Assembly (NCBI GenBank): GCA_001949185.1
Contig: BDGG01000002.1
Coordinates: 5,694,448-5,758,447 of the forward strand
Direction: 5' to 3'
Length of the DNA stretch: 64,000 bases
Source: Ramazzottius varieornatus
Lineage: Eukaryota; Animalia; Tardigrada
Below, piece after piece: positions 14,982 through 28,796 of this stretch (its first letter is position 1; every line of letters starts with the position of its first letter). The notes beneath the pieces were generated by a model that saw nothing but the letters and a program-made list of their open reading frames with translations, searched no databases and had not been told where the DNA came from. Position numbers and translations under genes: made by a program.

Positions 14982-17900
14982 TCAAAGCTCATCTTTGGGA
15001 ACATCATTCAGATAATCTTGTGGATTAATCTGCTTAAACTGCATTTGCGGTTCACTGGGTGTCTCTTCCTCGTTAGTGTCGTCCTCTTCATCCGCAGCAT
15101 CACCACTGGGCGCAGCAAACTCTTCGAACTCTTCAATCTTCTCATCGAGAGAGATATCCAAACCGCGACGCTACAAAGTTACTCGACACTATCATACCAC
15201 TTATTACGATGACTAGAACAACGAAAAATCCTACCAGCATCTTTTCGACTCGTTCGAAGAACCCGGAAGTGTCAGAAACCGCGAAGCCAGATCGAATAGC
15301 CGAGGTTTCATAGAGTACAAACGCGAGGTCTTTAGCTGCCTCGTCGTTCTCATCAGCTTCCACTCGGCGCAGAAGGTCCTTAACGATGGGATGTCCAGGG
15401 TTCAGTTCGAGAGTCTTCTTCTGGGTGGCGTAGAAACTGGAAAAAAGAAACCATGATATTATGTCACTAACCGTTATCATCAACCAAGAATATCCGGCAT
15501 GCCTCGATCAAGATAATGGTGGACTTACTCTTGAGTAGGATCTTTGGCTCTAGCGTAAGCCTGAGCTTTCATGATCCGTTCCATGTTTCCGGTCCAGCCA
15601 TAAGACTTCGCAACCAAGGCGCAAGGTGACTGAGTTAAGCGTTCCGAGATGACGGCTTTGTCGATCTACCAAACAATAACGGTTCATTTCAGGATGCGAA
15701 TTGCCGCACGAGTTCAGAGAAGGAAGTTTTATACCTTTTCCTTGAGAACTTTCTCTTGAAGCCACTTGGTCAAGGGTTCATACTGCTTCTGCAGCTCTTC
15801 CACGCGCTTCTTCGACTTGTCCGTCTCGCCCAGCTTCAGACCTTCCTTGGCAGCGTTTTGGAACTTCTTACCCTCAAACTCTGGCATAGACTGCATGCAG
15901 TACTCATCGACGGGTTCGGTGAGGTACAGAACTTCGTATCCCTTAGCCAGCAGACGCTCAACAAAGGGCGACTTCTCGGCCTCAGCGCGGTTGGCGGCAG
16001 CCATGTAGTAGATGGAGTCCTGCTTGGGCTTCATTCGGGTAACGTAGTCGGCCAGAAGAGTGTTATCACTACCATTCGAAGTCTGGAATCGCAGCAACTT
16101 GGCAAGACGACTGCGGTTAGCGGAGTCCTCGATCGCACCCAATTTGATACTATGGAGAAAAGATAAAATCAGATCTGCGGTGAGAAATGTATCTGTAAGA
16201 TAGATATTTTTGAAATTCCATTTTCACAATCAATAGAAAATCTTCATTTTTGGGCAGCAAATTCCATTCGTAACGAATTCATCTTCCCTTTTCGGCACTT
16301 ACTTGGTACTGTATTCATCCCAGAACTTATCGGCATCTTTCTTATCCATCTTCTTGATCATGTCCAAGACCTTTCGGACAAGCTTCTTCCTGATAAGCTT
16401 TATCAGCTTGTTCTGTTGCAGGGTTTCACGCGACACGTTCAAAGGTAAGTCATCGGAGTCAACCTGGCGGAGTCACGAAATTCAAACATAGCTCACCTTC
16501 TCATCAGAGCAAACGAACAAGCGGTAACTCACCACACCGCGGACGAAGTTCAAGTATTTGGGAATGATATCTTGGAAGTCATCAGTGATAAAAACCCGAC
16601 GGACATAGAGCTACAACACAAAATAAACACGGCTCTACAAACAGACAACATTTACTTACATAATCGAAATGGGGAAGCAAACGTTTAACCCACCTTGATA
16701 TTTTCCGTCTTCGCCCCGTACTTGGAGAACATCTCCGAAGGACCCTTCTTGGGGACGAAGAGAATGGACTTGAAGGATACTTCACCCTCAGCCGTGAAGT
16801 GAATCTTGGCAAGAGGTTCTTCCGTATCTTTGGAGAAGGCTTTGTAGAACTCGTTGTATTCATTCTCGGTAACATCAGCAGGCCTAAGAGGAAAAAAGCC
16901 ATCAATCTTGACACACAACATCGTTCAACAGCAGCAGACTTACTTTCTGGTCCAGATGGGCTTGAGTTCGTTCATCAAGACCCAGTCCCACACTGTCTTC
17001 TCGACCTTCTTCTTCTTGGTCTCTTTCTCTTCCGGTGCTTCTTCAACCTTTCCTTCTTCGTCCTCGCTTGGTGTTTCAGGTTTCTTGGCTTCTGCTTCCT
17101 CCTCGGGTTCTTCCGTAGTCTCAGTCTTGCTAGCCCACAAGTAGATTGGGAAGTTGATGAACTGACTGTACTTTTTGACCAGCTCCTTGATCGTGTTCTC
17201 TTCCAAGTAATCGTACGCTTCCTCCTTCATGTACAAACTATAAGAAAATGATTGCGAATCAACCAAGTGTTCCCCAGCAAGAGAACCGATGGGTCCTGCA
17301 GTTCATACCTTATTGTAGTTCCGCGGTTCAGAGTGACTCCACGTGGGTCCTCCACGATGCTGTAACTTTGAGCATCCGATTCCCAAATGTACTGCATGTC
17401 ATTGTTGTTCTTCGATGTGACGACGACACGATCAGCAACGAGGAAAGTGGAATAGAAACCAACACCGAACTGACCAATAAGTTCTCCAGCCTGTGTACCC
17501 AGAAAGCCGGTGGTCAAGCCCTTATGTACAGAGTACTACAAACGAAGTCGAAAAAACTGCTCTGAGTTTGCGAAGAAGAATTTACCTCGTTAGCCGAGCT
17601 TTCCTGGAGTTTGTTGAAGAACTCGTTAGTTCCGGATCGGGCGATGGTACCCAAGTTCTTCATAAGCTCGTCCTTGGTCATACCAATACCGGTATCGGTG
17701 ATATGCAGGACGTGGTTTTCCTTGTCGGCCTATAAAATAAAGCATATTTGTATCCATTAGTTCTCTAAAGTTTGCTGCTTTGTGGGGTACACGCTTAAAA
17801 TACCTTGACGCGAATGGACAGCTCCTCGCCAGACTTCATTGCGTCTTTATCGGTCAACGAAATGATACGAATCTTGTCCAATGCATCCGAAGCGTTTGAG

Positions 17901-18382
17901 ATCAGCTCACGCAGAAAGATTTCCTTGTTCTTATACAGTGAGTTGATGATCAACTTCATCATGCGATCGACCTCGGCCTGGAACTGATGTTTTTCTGCCT
18001 TATCCCGGATTTCTTTCATCTGCGCCACATTGAGTCCATCTATCTTTATTGCCTCTTCCTCTCTAAACAAGTAATCGTATACCAGTGCACAAGGGCCCTC
18101 CAGTATCTCTCATTATATGCTGCATACACTCACCTGGATACCACTTCATCATCCGTGCGCGATCCTGCTTTGCTCTTCCCTATATTAGGCTTGACACTGG
18201 GGCTAACGTCCTCGTCTTCTTCCACATCGTCCCCCCTTCCTTGCGTCCTCAGCGGACCTGAAAGAAAAGCCATACAAGTTTACACACTGTCACATTATGT
18301 CATAATAGTAAATAGCAAAGCTTCACATACCGAGAAGCAGAAGCACTGCAGCAAGACTCGCGAACAAAAGGAGGCGATTCAT
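14982..18382 (-). CDS. HSP90B1: Endoplasmin / GRP94 (ER Hsp90)
   Basis: Signal peptide [69 protein letters not shown]; C-terminal KDEL* (TGA 14982-14984). Confidence 0.98.
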
Positions 18383-18507
18383 CCTGCAGCAAGCTAGTTA
18401 GGCTTCTCCCCAAACTCAGACAATCTCTTTTCCTCGCTAACGGTTCCCCAGTTGCTGTAATTGCTGTGACAGCAAATGTATTAATAGAAAACTTTGTAAA
18501 ATAATAA

Positions 18508-19037
18508 TGACACGTAGAGGTGTTTGATCTTCAAACGCAATCGGCCAGTGGCTACTGCGATTTCCCTATGCAACATGCAGTGCGGTGATGACTGACCTGA
18601 TTCGATACAAGGTCGTGCTTCCAACGAGGTCCAAGAGGCAAGCGATGGTACGAACTAACGAACACAAATGAATTCCTGGAGGAAGATGAACACTTATCAT
18701 AAATACATCCAAATCGATTTTTATGTGTTCTCGCCGACCGCTGGGCGGGGCTTGGACGTGGCAGAATGGGGCATTCGGGAGATTGCGGTTTTCGAATAAA
18801 CGCCGAAGGCTCCTTGGTACCTCTTCACGCAATCTCTTAAGTGTCCACTACTGCGCCCCTTCGGGTAATCGGGTTGTAGGAACTACTAGGAGTGTAGTGG
18901 TCTCATTAGGAGTGACTCGTATCCCACTGTAACGGTTTCGATGCCTGAGAACCCATTGCAGTGTGGACAGATTATTTGCTTTATTTGCTCGCGTTTCCAA
19001 ATACGGATCCCATCGTGCACGCGAGAAAGGACACGTC
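18508..19037. promoter_or_regulatory. Putative bidirectional HSP90B1/CRELD promoter with UPRE-like ACGT boxes and a GC box
   Basis: TGACACGT 18508-18515, GGGCGGGG 18743-18750, GACGTGGC 18755-18762 and GACACGTC 19030-19037, all between divergent ATGs at 18382 and 19173. Confidence 0.5.
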
Positions 19038-19172
19038 GGCGCTCCCGTTCGCGGGATTGAATGTACGTACTGGAGCCGTGAGTAAAGGAGTCGGAATCTG
19101 GTCATCAGATACTGTGACTGGAGTATCTAGCTACTACTGTCTGCTGGAGCCTGCCTTCCAAGTTGTCGCCAA

Positions 19173-20915
19173 ATGCTACCTCGAATGTTCGGTTGGATCT
19201 CTCCGTGTTCGACGCATCTATACTTGGCGACAGCGGTCTGCCTGTCGGCAATAGCTAGTGTCTACTCGGCCGACTTGAAGGTGCAATGTCAAGCCTGCAA
19301 AGACTTCGTGCAGACGTTCTGGCAGGTAAAATAGAGTTTTGCTGACCATTTCGCTACTGTGGGTTGTCGTGTGTTAATCCGACGCTTCGTTGCAGGGACA
19401 TGAGAATACCGCGAAATCGAATTTCGGGGGCGGAAATACGGACTGGGAAGAGACTCGTCTAGGCAGTTATGCTACCAGGTATGGACGCGAGCACTGCTCG
19501 TACGTACTGTGCAGTTCGGTTTCACGGTAGCGATAGTCGTGTTCCCTTTTAGCGAAACAAGGTTGGTAGAAATCATGGAGCACTCGTGTACCTCCGGAAC
19601 CGACAAAGATCAGGTATCTTTGTATACCTCCGTCTTGTATCATACAAAGTTTGCAGTAATTGCTCTTACGCAGTGTCACCAGTTCGTGGAACACAACGAG
19701 GAACCCATAGAGAAATGGTACTTTCATCTGCAAAAAGCCTTCCCAAATTTCGAGAAATGGCTCTGCATGGATAACACCAGAGGTTCGCTCGGACTAGATG
19801 CTCTTGTTCAATACCTTCCTCGGAGATAACATGCATGAAATTGGAGCGTGCTTTATTTAGTGTGCTGTCCGCCGAACACATTTGGACCAGACTGCGAACC
19901 CTGTCCTGGTGGTACTGAGAACCCTTGCACCGGACGTGGAACCTGCGAGGTTTGTTCGTGACTTGGTCACTTGGACGAGTTTGAAGACCTCGAAGAATCC
20001 TACCCGATATCTGGCGGGCTTATCGTATGTCTCGTTTAAACATGGTTCTGTCCTTCAGGGAAGTGGCACAAGAGAAGGTTCCGGGGCATGTAGGTGTCAG
20101 AAAGGGTACTCTGGCGCGATGTGCGATCTCTGTGATAGTGGATATGAGATAACCGACAGGAATGATACTTCAATTACCTGTGAAGGTGAGAATCCGTCGA
20201 AGTTTGAGGTTCCTCGCAAAACCGATGGTTTCTACAACATGTTTCATGTTGTTGCAGATATTGACGAATGTGAGCTGGATCCCTTGACGTGCAAAATAGC
20301 AAGCGAGTACTGTTTCAACACCGAAGGTAGTCACAAATGCTACAAGTGCCATCCTGCGTGCCATGGAGGCTGTTCCGGTGCTGGAGCCGGACGGTGTAAG
20401 AACTGTGCGGATGGATACATTCAAGTCAATGGAACATGCATAGGTAGGTCCAGAAGACTTTGTAAGGTTGTTGATATACTGTAGATTAGAAATGTTTCTT
20501 CGTGTTTGTAAGAAGGACGTGGTTGATGTTGCAGCGGTTCCCAAGAGTCTCTACACTGGCTTTCTGCAGTTGTTTCAAAACTTTGATAAAACAATAGTGT
20601 TCTGTGGTGGTGGTCTCATAACGAGCTATTTCTTTGTGAGAAACGGCGAGTATTTGAAACTTGCGTTTGTTGGTGTTCTCATGGCGGCTATCCTTTCTGC
20701 TTGGAAATATGGTGATGAGATGCGTGAGAAGTCTCGTGCTGGTCTTTAGATTTTCGCAGTGTATCTAAGAAATGTTCCTTGTATTCTCTTGTCTTTCAGA
20801 CGAACAAGTTGCTTTGAAAGAACAGGACCAAGCCTTGTCCGACAATAAAGTTCCTGTTGAAGCTTCGCTAAGCGACCACCAGTCTTTGCCGAACGATGAA
20901 CGTACTGACTTATGA
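19173..20915 (+). CDS. CRELD: Cysteine-rich with EGF-like domains protein (CRELD1/2 family)
   Basis: Signal-like N-terminus, CQACKDFV (CXXC), TAKSNFGGGNTDWEETRLGSYATSETRLVEIME (WE domain), EGF/furin-like repeats (DIDECE), a two-TM exon at 20535-~20749 and a final exon 20800-20915 ending ...NDERTDL*. Confidence 0.93.
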
Positions 20916-21394
20916 GTACTCATTTGGTACAGTAAGTTTATGGCTGTTTCGGTGTTGAGTGGTATCAAGCATGGCTTTCTTGTAGTTTCTTCGGTAATTT
21001 ATTCCACTGTGATACGAAACTTTTTTACTTCGTTTTTTTATTTTGATAAACCTTCCTGTCCTGTTTGAGAGACGCAGCTTACAGTGAGTGCCTCGTTGAA
21101 CTCGTGCACCCATTTTTTGGATGTTTCTTATGTTTTGGCAACAGCCTGCTTTGGAGACATTTAGCTTCTGTATGGATTCGAAGGAATATGTTCTCAATTC
21201 ATATCCTTGGTTTTGTTTTCTGCTGATCTGTTTGCTGTTGGGACGCTCGAAAAGTACTTCGTTGTGGATCGTTGTTCTGTGGCTTTAAATTATTTATTTC
21301 GGTTTGCAGAAGACAACAAATCCGAGAGTAATTAGGTAGCTCTGATTACTAGACCTATCATGGCGGCTATTCGTAAATGAAAATCTTGGCAGAG

Positions 21395-22903
21395 TTAGGT
21401 TTGTGGTTCAGATTCAATCACAATCCTGGTCTTGGGACCCATCAAAGAAGCCAGTATCTGCCATACATCTTTTCCCGGTTGGACTTTGCATTCGCGGACA
21501 TCCAGCTCTTGCAAGAACTCCATTTCGCTCAAGCGACATAAAATATCTCTCGTAATCAGTTCAAGGTCTCCGTGTAGCGAGAGACGATGCAAATTAGGGA
21601 ACCAATCAGGCAAGTTGCCAATCTTGTTCAAATTTGTACAACCGTACAAATGAAGGTCCGTCAGGGTGGTACCGCACCTTTCTGACAGCTTGAGCAGTGC
21701 TTCGATACTCAGCCCGAATTCGATCTCGGTTAAGTTCAAGTGGATGATTCGAAGGGAGAGTGGAACATGTTGGAAGACTTCGGCAGGAGCTGTAGCATTA
21801 CGGAGGTCCAGTTCGCGCAGGTTTGCCCATTTAGTCAGGCAGGAGGTTAGGAACGACTCGAGGAGCTCGTCGATGCCATGTGTCTGTAGGCGGAAGATCT
21901 GCAGACTCTGTAGCGCGGCGATGGCTTCCTCATTGAGTACATGATGCAGTGTGCCTGACAGATCTAGTTCCTCTAAATTTAGCCGACTAATGCGCTCCGG
22001 TTTCTCGCTCTCGCCACTTGCTCCCTCTTCCACCGTCAGCTGAGCGAAATTAGATCTGACGTTTGGATCACGTTCCGGCATCGGAGGGCTGTCTTCGAGG
22101 ACTGGCGGTGCTATAAACATGCCGCTAATGTCCGGGAAACGGAAGGAACATTTACGCAGCGCAAACCGTCGTAATTTGGGCAAATGGTACAGCAGATGCT
22201 GCAAGGCCAGTTTCGACATGGGCAAGAGTACGTACCTAAAACACATCAGAGTGGGATGACAATATGATGTCAGTCAAGACCTTCAATCAGGACTGAGGCA
22301 AACAGAATACCTTCGGAAACTGAGGGAAAGTTCTTCGAGGTTTGGCAGGCGCGCCAGCTGACGGAGGGCGTCTGTTCTCTCGACAATTACATCAACACAT
22401 AAGATCTCGACAGACAGCTTTCTGAGAGAGGATAGTTGGCTAATGTCACAAAAGAGACGATCGTCGGCGTATAAAATCGAATGAACGTTCAGGACCTCTA
22501 AGTGTTCGAGACTTCGCATTCCCTCTGGAAGTCCCTTGTTCTTATCACATTTCAACGGCGTGGTGATGGTTTCCAGCAGTGGGATGTTTTCCGCCAGCTC
22601 ATCCCACTGTAAATCGTTCCAAACGAGATTATGTCGGTGCGACGCTGCGTCTTGTGACAGGTCCTTCGCTGTGGGGTGGACTTCCACATGGCGAATGTTC
22701 CGTTGGCGAATAAGCCGCCACAGGGGTTCCCGGAACCTTCGGATGGACGACAGGCGAACCATTTGGTGCCGCCAGAACGTAGGATCGTCCATTAGTTGAC
22801 GCATATGTCTACAGGCTTGTCTTAGAGAGGCGCGGTCCGCTGGATCCAGCCGGAGGAATATATCGGCTTGGATATCCCATGGCAGGAGCTCCAGGTAGTT
22901 CAT
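21395..22903 (-). CDS. F-box / leucine-rich-repeat protein, 2 exons
   Basis: N-terminal F-box LELLPWDIQADIFLRLDPADRASLRQACRHMRQLMDDPTFW, followed by LxxLxL repeats (LEELDLSG, LRELDLRN, LQELDVREC). Confidence 0.85.
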
Positions 22904-24694
22904 TCTGTACTTTGAACATTTGATGAAATAGATATATTATACTGCTTTCGCAAACTCAATGTGAAAACTAGGCAGCGTCTTACCTATAGTTGTGAAGCGT
23001 CAAGCACACACGGAATCGAATTCGTTCAAGAACACGAAGAAAATGTTGAAGTATGAAGAACGCGGGCTACTACGGATGCTAACATCTTGAGATGGAAGAC
23101 TCGGAAAGGAAGACTTGAAAGACGTCTTTATCGATGACAAGCTAAGCTGCGCAAATAAACTCACACCCCGTAAAGTTGGTGCTGGCTTTGTACTTCCTCA
23201 TAGTACGAACAGCATGCAGTTTGTGAGTCACAGTGCCAGTGTCGGTTCCTCAGCCGCGGCAGTGATATCGGCAGAAAGCGCTGGCTGTCAGCAGTCACAG
23301 AGACGGTCGAGAGACCTACGATATTTGAAACAGTACGTGCGAATAACAGAGTTTATTAGCTCGGTCTAAAAATAATATTCCGTATAGCGTGAATATATAC
23401 ACCCCCCGGCTAGTTCCACGCAGTCATTCAAGTCGTCGTCGCGTCGATAAGACCTGTCATGCGGACGTTGAGTCTTCTCCCCCGCCGCCGCCTGTCGATG
23501 AATATCCTGAAACACACAAAGAGCATGCTGGGTTCTGGCTTAGTTATTTGGACTACCGACTTTTTCATGGTACTTACAGTGAGCATGATCTTTCAAGGCG
23601 GGACGACCAGGTAGGAACAGCAGTTCTGTCCTTTTTGGATGATAACAAACCCCACTTCCGTGTGGCTCTTCAAGCAGCGCCCTCTGTCGTGCACCTTGTA
23701 TCGCCGAACTGGCACTGCTCTAAAGTCGACAGAGTTCGGACCTCGTCGAGGTTCTTTTGTGTCCACAGGGTTTCCGAGTTAAAAATAGTGCAATTAACAA
23801 AAAAAAGATAAACAAAACGGCCGAACATAAGTACTGCCTAATTTACAAGCACGGACGCTGGCGAAAGATCCTGCATAGGTAGGGCGGGAGGACTCCGACG
23901 ATTTTTCACACGAAGGAAAGTTCAATTAGCTTCCCACGTGTATAAACCCCGGTTATCTCTTGTCCGAAGCAGTTTCGACGAGGAGGCTGGATCAGAAATC
24001 AGCAAGTCGGAGGCGTGACCAATCAGGGACGGATTTTGGCAAAAACAACTGTAATAAATTACGTAATTGAAGAATTGCCAAAGTCACTGTCATGGCCAAC
24101 ATGCCGCACCACAGCTGCGAGAGACCTATTTGTGGAACGAACGTTTAACGATATTCTGTCACACGCAGTAGCCAAAAATTTCGGCGGAGTGCAAGCTTAA
24201 TGTTCTGGAATAACGTTCTGATGCATCCCCAAAAGCAACCCGGATTTATTTCTTTTCTGATGGTGCTATGAGGTCAATCAGTTCTTCTGACCTTGCATTC
24301 TCGAAACGTTTCTTACCGCACTTGTGAATTGTACTTTGATACCGACGTCCGAGGGTCAGCTGCTCGTGCATCTTTTTTCTTGATCCTTCTATCGTTTAAT
24401 CTGCTAGACGTTCCTAACAGTTGCAAATTCTTTAGATTACCAAATTTGCATGTTCTTTCGGTCGCATATTATAGTATCAGTCCCTCCAATGACGGGGCTC
24501 TGTATTCTGATTTACCTTGGTCGATTGTGAGATCTGAAGCCGCGTTCTACTGAAGGGTCCGCGCATGCCAGGATCGTGCTGAATTTCGCGCTGTTATATT
24601 TTTCGAATAGCTGCTAATAGTTCAAAGCCGAAGCTCCGATATTGTACAAAGGATACTTACGACGATTCTCCCAGTCTGAGTTGCCGGAGCAAGA

Positions 24695-27600
24695 ATGTTG
24701 CGCCATTGGTCAAGCCATTTCCGGTCGTTTATCAGCCCACCATGCGCGAACGCCCTTACACGTTCCCCGAAATCGACTTCCTCCAGGAGCCATCAACCCA
24801 TCATGGCGATCAGACGGGAAGATCAGTAAGTGCAGTCGCTGGCGTCTTCAAATTATTGTGCTTTTTTAATTCTGTTTAGGTCTGTCTGGGAACGAAGAGC
24901 CCCTCTAGCTCCAAATCACGTGCGGAAACTGGTTCGACAAGGCGTCAAAGTTTTGGTGCAGCCCTCGAACAGGCGTGCGTACCCTATGAAGGTTTGTGAA
25001 CACTTTCCTGAGCCCCTTCAGAAAAAAAGACAAATCTGGTTTCTGTAGTCCTATCAAAACGCTGGAGCACTCATCCAGGAGGACATTACCGACGCAAGCC
25101 TTATTATTGGAGTAAAGCGTGTGGACTCTATCGACTCGCTCCTTCCCGATAAGACCTATTGTTTCTTTTCGCACACCATCAAAGCTCAAGAGGCAAACAT
25201 GCCGCTCTTGGATATGATAATCGAGAAGAATATCAGACTGATCGACTACGAGAAGATGGTGGACAAAAATGGTGCTCGGGTCGTCGCATTCGGAAAATGG
25301 GCCGGAGTCGCCGGCATGATTAACAGTACGCCGTCGACAATTTTCTCTCCGCTTGATCCAATTCTTCCCGGACGAACGGGGAGCAATTTTTTTACCGCGC
25401 TTTCTGCACATTTTCACCCACATGCATGAATCTAATATTTTTTTCTGTCAGTTCTCCACGGGCTTGGAATCCGACTTCTGGCGCTGGGTCATCACTCGCC
25501 GTTCATGGTATGCGAATTTAGGCTCCTCACCATTCAGCTCTCCTGATGGTGAAATATCAAGTGTTGACTCTTTTCCAGTATATCGGGCCAGCACACAATT
25601 ACAGGAGCAGCAGTATGGCCAAGCAAGCTTTCCGGGATGCCGGCTATGAAATTAGTTTGGGACTGATGCCGAAGTCAATGGGTCCCCTGACATTCGTCTT
25701 CACGGGAAGCGGGAACGTTTCTCAAGGAGCCCAAGAAATGTTCCAAGAACTTCCGTTCGAATATGTCGACCCCAAAGACTTGCCAAAAGTTGCCACACAT
25801 GGTGGTAAGTACTGTGGTTGAGTTAGGAACTACTCGGGTTTTGCGCTTACAACTTTATGATACCACCTTAATTCTTTTTCCAGCCATGAATAAACTTTAC
25901 GCCTGCGTCGTATCAAGAGGTGCTCACTACGTTAGAAAAGACGGTGGAAGTTTCGACGCGGAAGAGTTCGCCAACCACCCTGAACGATACTCCTCTACTT
26001 TTGCTCAAAAATTAAGTGCCTGGCACTAGCCTAAAAATACATCAGAATTTAGATTTCTTTCCTTGCAGATTGCTCCATATGCAACGTGTATAATCAATGG
26101 AATTTACTGGGCGGTAAACGCACCTCGACTGTTGACCATACCGGACGCCAAGATTCTACTGCAACCTGCCAAGCAGCCCTGGCTTCCGGCGACCCTTGGT
26201 CAACCACAACTACCTCACCGCCTCCTTGCCATCTGTGATATTAGCGCAGACCCTGGTGGGTCAATCGAGTTCATGAACGAATGCACCACGATCGATAAAC
26301 CCTTTTGCCTTTACGACGCCGACCAACACACAAATCAAGAAAGGTACGCCGAAAATGCAGGACTGACAAATCAAGAACTCAAATCCGCTCCTTTAGTCAT
26401 CACTCTTGAAAACTCGAGAAGTGTCCCGAACCAGAATCGCTATCTTTTTTCAGTTTTGCTGGTCCCGGAGTACTCGTTTGTTCCATCGACAATATGCCAG
26501 CCCAATTGCCGAGAGAAGCTACAGATTTCTTTGGCGAACTATTGCTTCCTCATGTACCGGACTTGGTAAGAACGAAGCTCCTCCGATTTTCGATTCGTGC
26601 CCTAAATTAACCACCTGCTGTATGTTCCCAGCTGAAATCCGACGCCACTTCGTCTTTCGAATCTTACGAAGCAGGCAGTGTCGTAAAAAATGTAAGTTCA
26701 AAATCCATTTCGCATCTGCAACGTTTAGCTGATTTGAGCTGACGGAAAACCGTTTCACGTTTAATTTGTTTACAGGCAGTAATTGCGTCCAACGGGAAAC
26801 TGACTCCAAATTTCTCCTACATCGACGACCTCCGGCAAAGCAAGAAGCGATCGCAGTCAAAAGCGATGAGTACTCATCAGCACTCGAAGAAGGTGTTAGT
26901 GCTTGGCGCCGGGTACGTGGCGATGCCGGTGGTCGAGTACCTGACCAGAGATAACAACGTGGTTATTACGGTCGGTAAGTCTTGTCGTTTTCCAGCTCTT
27001 GGTTCTAGTCCAGATCGAAGCTCAGCTTTGGTATTGCAGCATCGGCAGTCCGAGAAGAAGCGGACCAGCTAGCCCAAAAGTTTCAGCACACGGATGCCGT
27101 TCATTTGGACGTCGACAAGAAACCCCAGGACATGGACAAGTTGATCCAGGAGCATGACGTGGTAGTTAGCTTACTACCATACGGCTTGCACGGAAGAGTG
27201 GCCGAATCTTGCATCAACCACAAAGTCAATATGGTCACTGCAAGCTACAGTCACTCGTTTGGAAAACAGAAAGATTCTTTCTCTTCTCGGTAGGAAGATT
27301 CAATCAAAACAGTGTACGGACGTATTCAGATGAATACAGATAACTCGACTTCTTAGTGCCGAGCAAGCAGGAATTACCATCCTGAACGAAATGGGACTTG
27401 ACCCTGGGATCGACCATCTGCTTGCGATGGACTGCTTTGATGACGTTAAGGAACTCGGCGGAAAGGTAAGACCTCGACCATGTGCCCTAACCCATGCAGT
27501 AGTGCAGTAGTTTTACTGCTTAGCTCCATTTGTGGGCAATGCACTGCTTCATCGTTTTGTCAGGTGACATCTTTCAAGTCATACTGCGGGGGCCTTCCGG

Positions 27601-28796
27601 CACCCGAGTTCTCTGACAACCCTCTACGCTACAAATTCAGCTGGAGTCCTCGAGCAGTATTCCTGGCAGCACTAAACGGAGCTCGGTACATCGAACGTGG
27701 AAAGGTACCGCTTTACCTTCTTGTTGGGCAAATATATCTCCGCCTGTATCTCTACTGAACAAACACAAAGTTGCTTCTCGTTCTTTGAACATTCATTAGA
27801 TCACCGAAACACCACCTGGTGGAGTCCCTCTGATGGAGAGCACCCACGCCTTCAACTGCATCCCCGGCTTCAACTTGGAAGCCTACTCGAACCGTGACTC
27901 GCTTCACTATCTCAAAGAATACGGCATCGAAAGCGCGACCACATGCATGAGGGGCACCTTGAGATACAAAGGGTACGCGGACTGTCTGATCGGGCTCATG
28001 AACCTGGGCATGCTACAACCGACTTCACATCCTGCACTCCATCCTGACGGTCCGGAATTGACGTGGGTAAGCAAGTTCACAACGACTGTAACCTGTATGT
28101 GCCGCGCTGGGGAACTTAACGCCTTCCTCGTTTTTAGAGACAACTAACGGCAGCTTTATTGAACCAAAACCCGGATAACCTAGTCGAGAACCTCAAGAAG
28201 GTGGTGTTAGACAAGATGGGATCTCAGGAGCGTCTACAAGCAGCTGAAGAACTCGGGTTGTTCGACGACACACTCGTGGTTAAACTTGATACTCCGCTCA
28301 ATACTCTTGCGCATCATTTGGAAAAACGCCTAGCATACGGGAAGAACGAAAGAGATTTGGTTATCTTGCGTCACGATATCGATATCGCCTGGCCCAATAA
28401 GTCAAAGGTACTGACCAAGTATATAGAACGGGACAGGAGGTACGGAGGGCTGACTGAAACCGATTTTGTTCTGTCTTACAGGAAACTCGAGAAATCACGC
28501 TTGTGGTGTACGGAGAGCCGAATGGCTATACCGCAATGGCCAAAACCGTGGGATACCCTGCAGCTATCGGTACCAAGATGTTGCTGGATAAGGAAATACA
28601 GAGGAAAGGGATGTTTGTTCCTTTGACAAAAGACATCTACCGGTACGAAAAAGCTTGCTGATTCACTTCGGCGTTTTTTAATGGTTTGTCTTTCGTACAA
28701 ACGCACGATTTGCGCTTCTTTTTCAGGCCAGTTCTGCAGAGGTTGGAGAATGAAGGCATCAAAGCTGCAGTGCGCACTCGGAGGACTGATCATTAA
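24695..28796 (+). CDS. AASS: Alpha-aminoadipic semialdehyde synthase (bifunctional LKR/SDH), mitochondrial
   Basis: Transit-like N-terminus, AIRREDQ|[79 protein letters not shown]; TAA at 28794-28796. Confidence 0.97.

Noticed and set aside
19614-19673. CRELD intron starting GTATCTTT as a U12-type intron
   Set aside because: Deviates from GTATCCTT and lacks a TCCTTAAC branch site; treated as U2-type.
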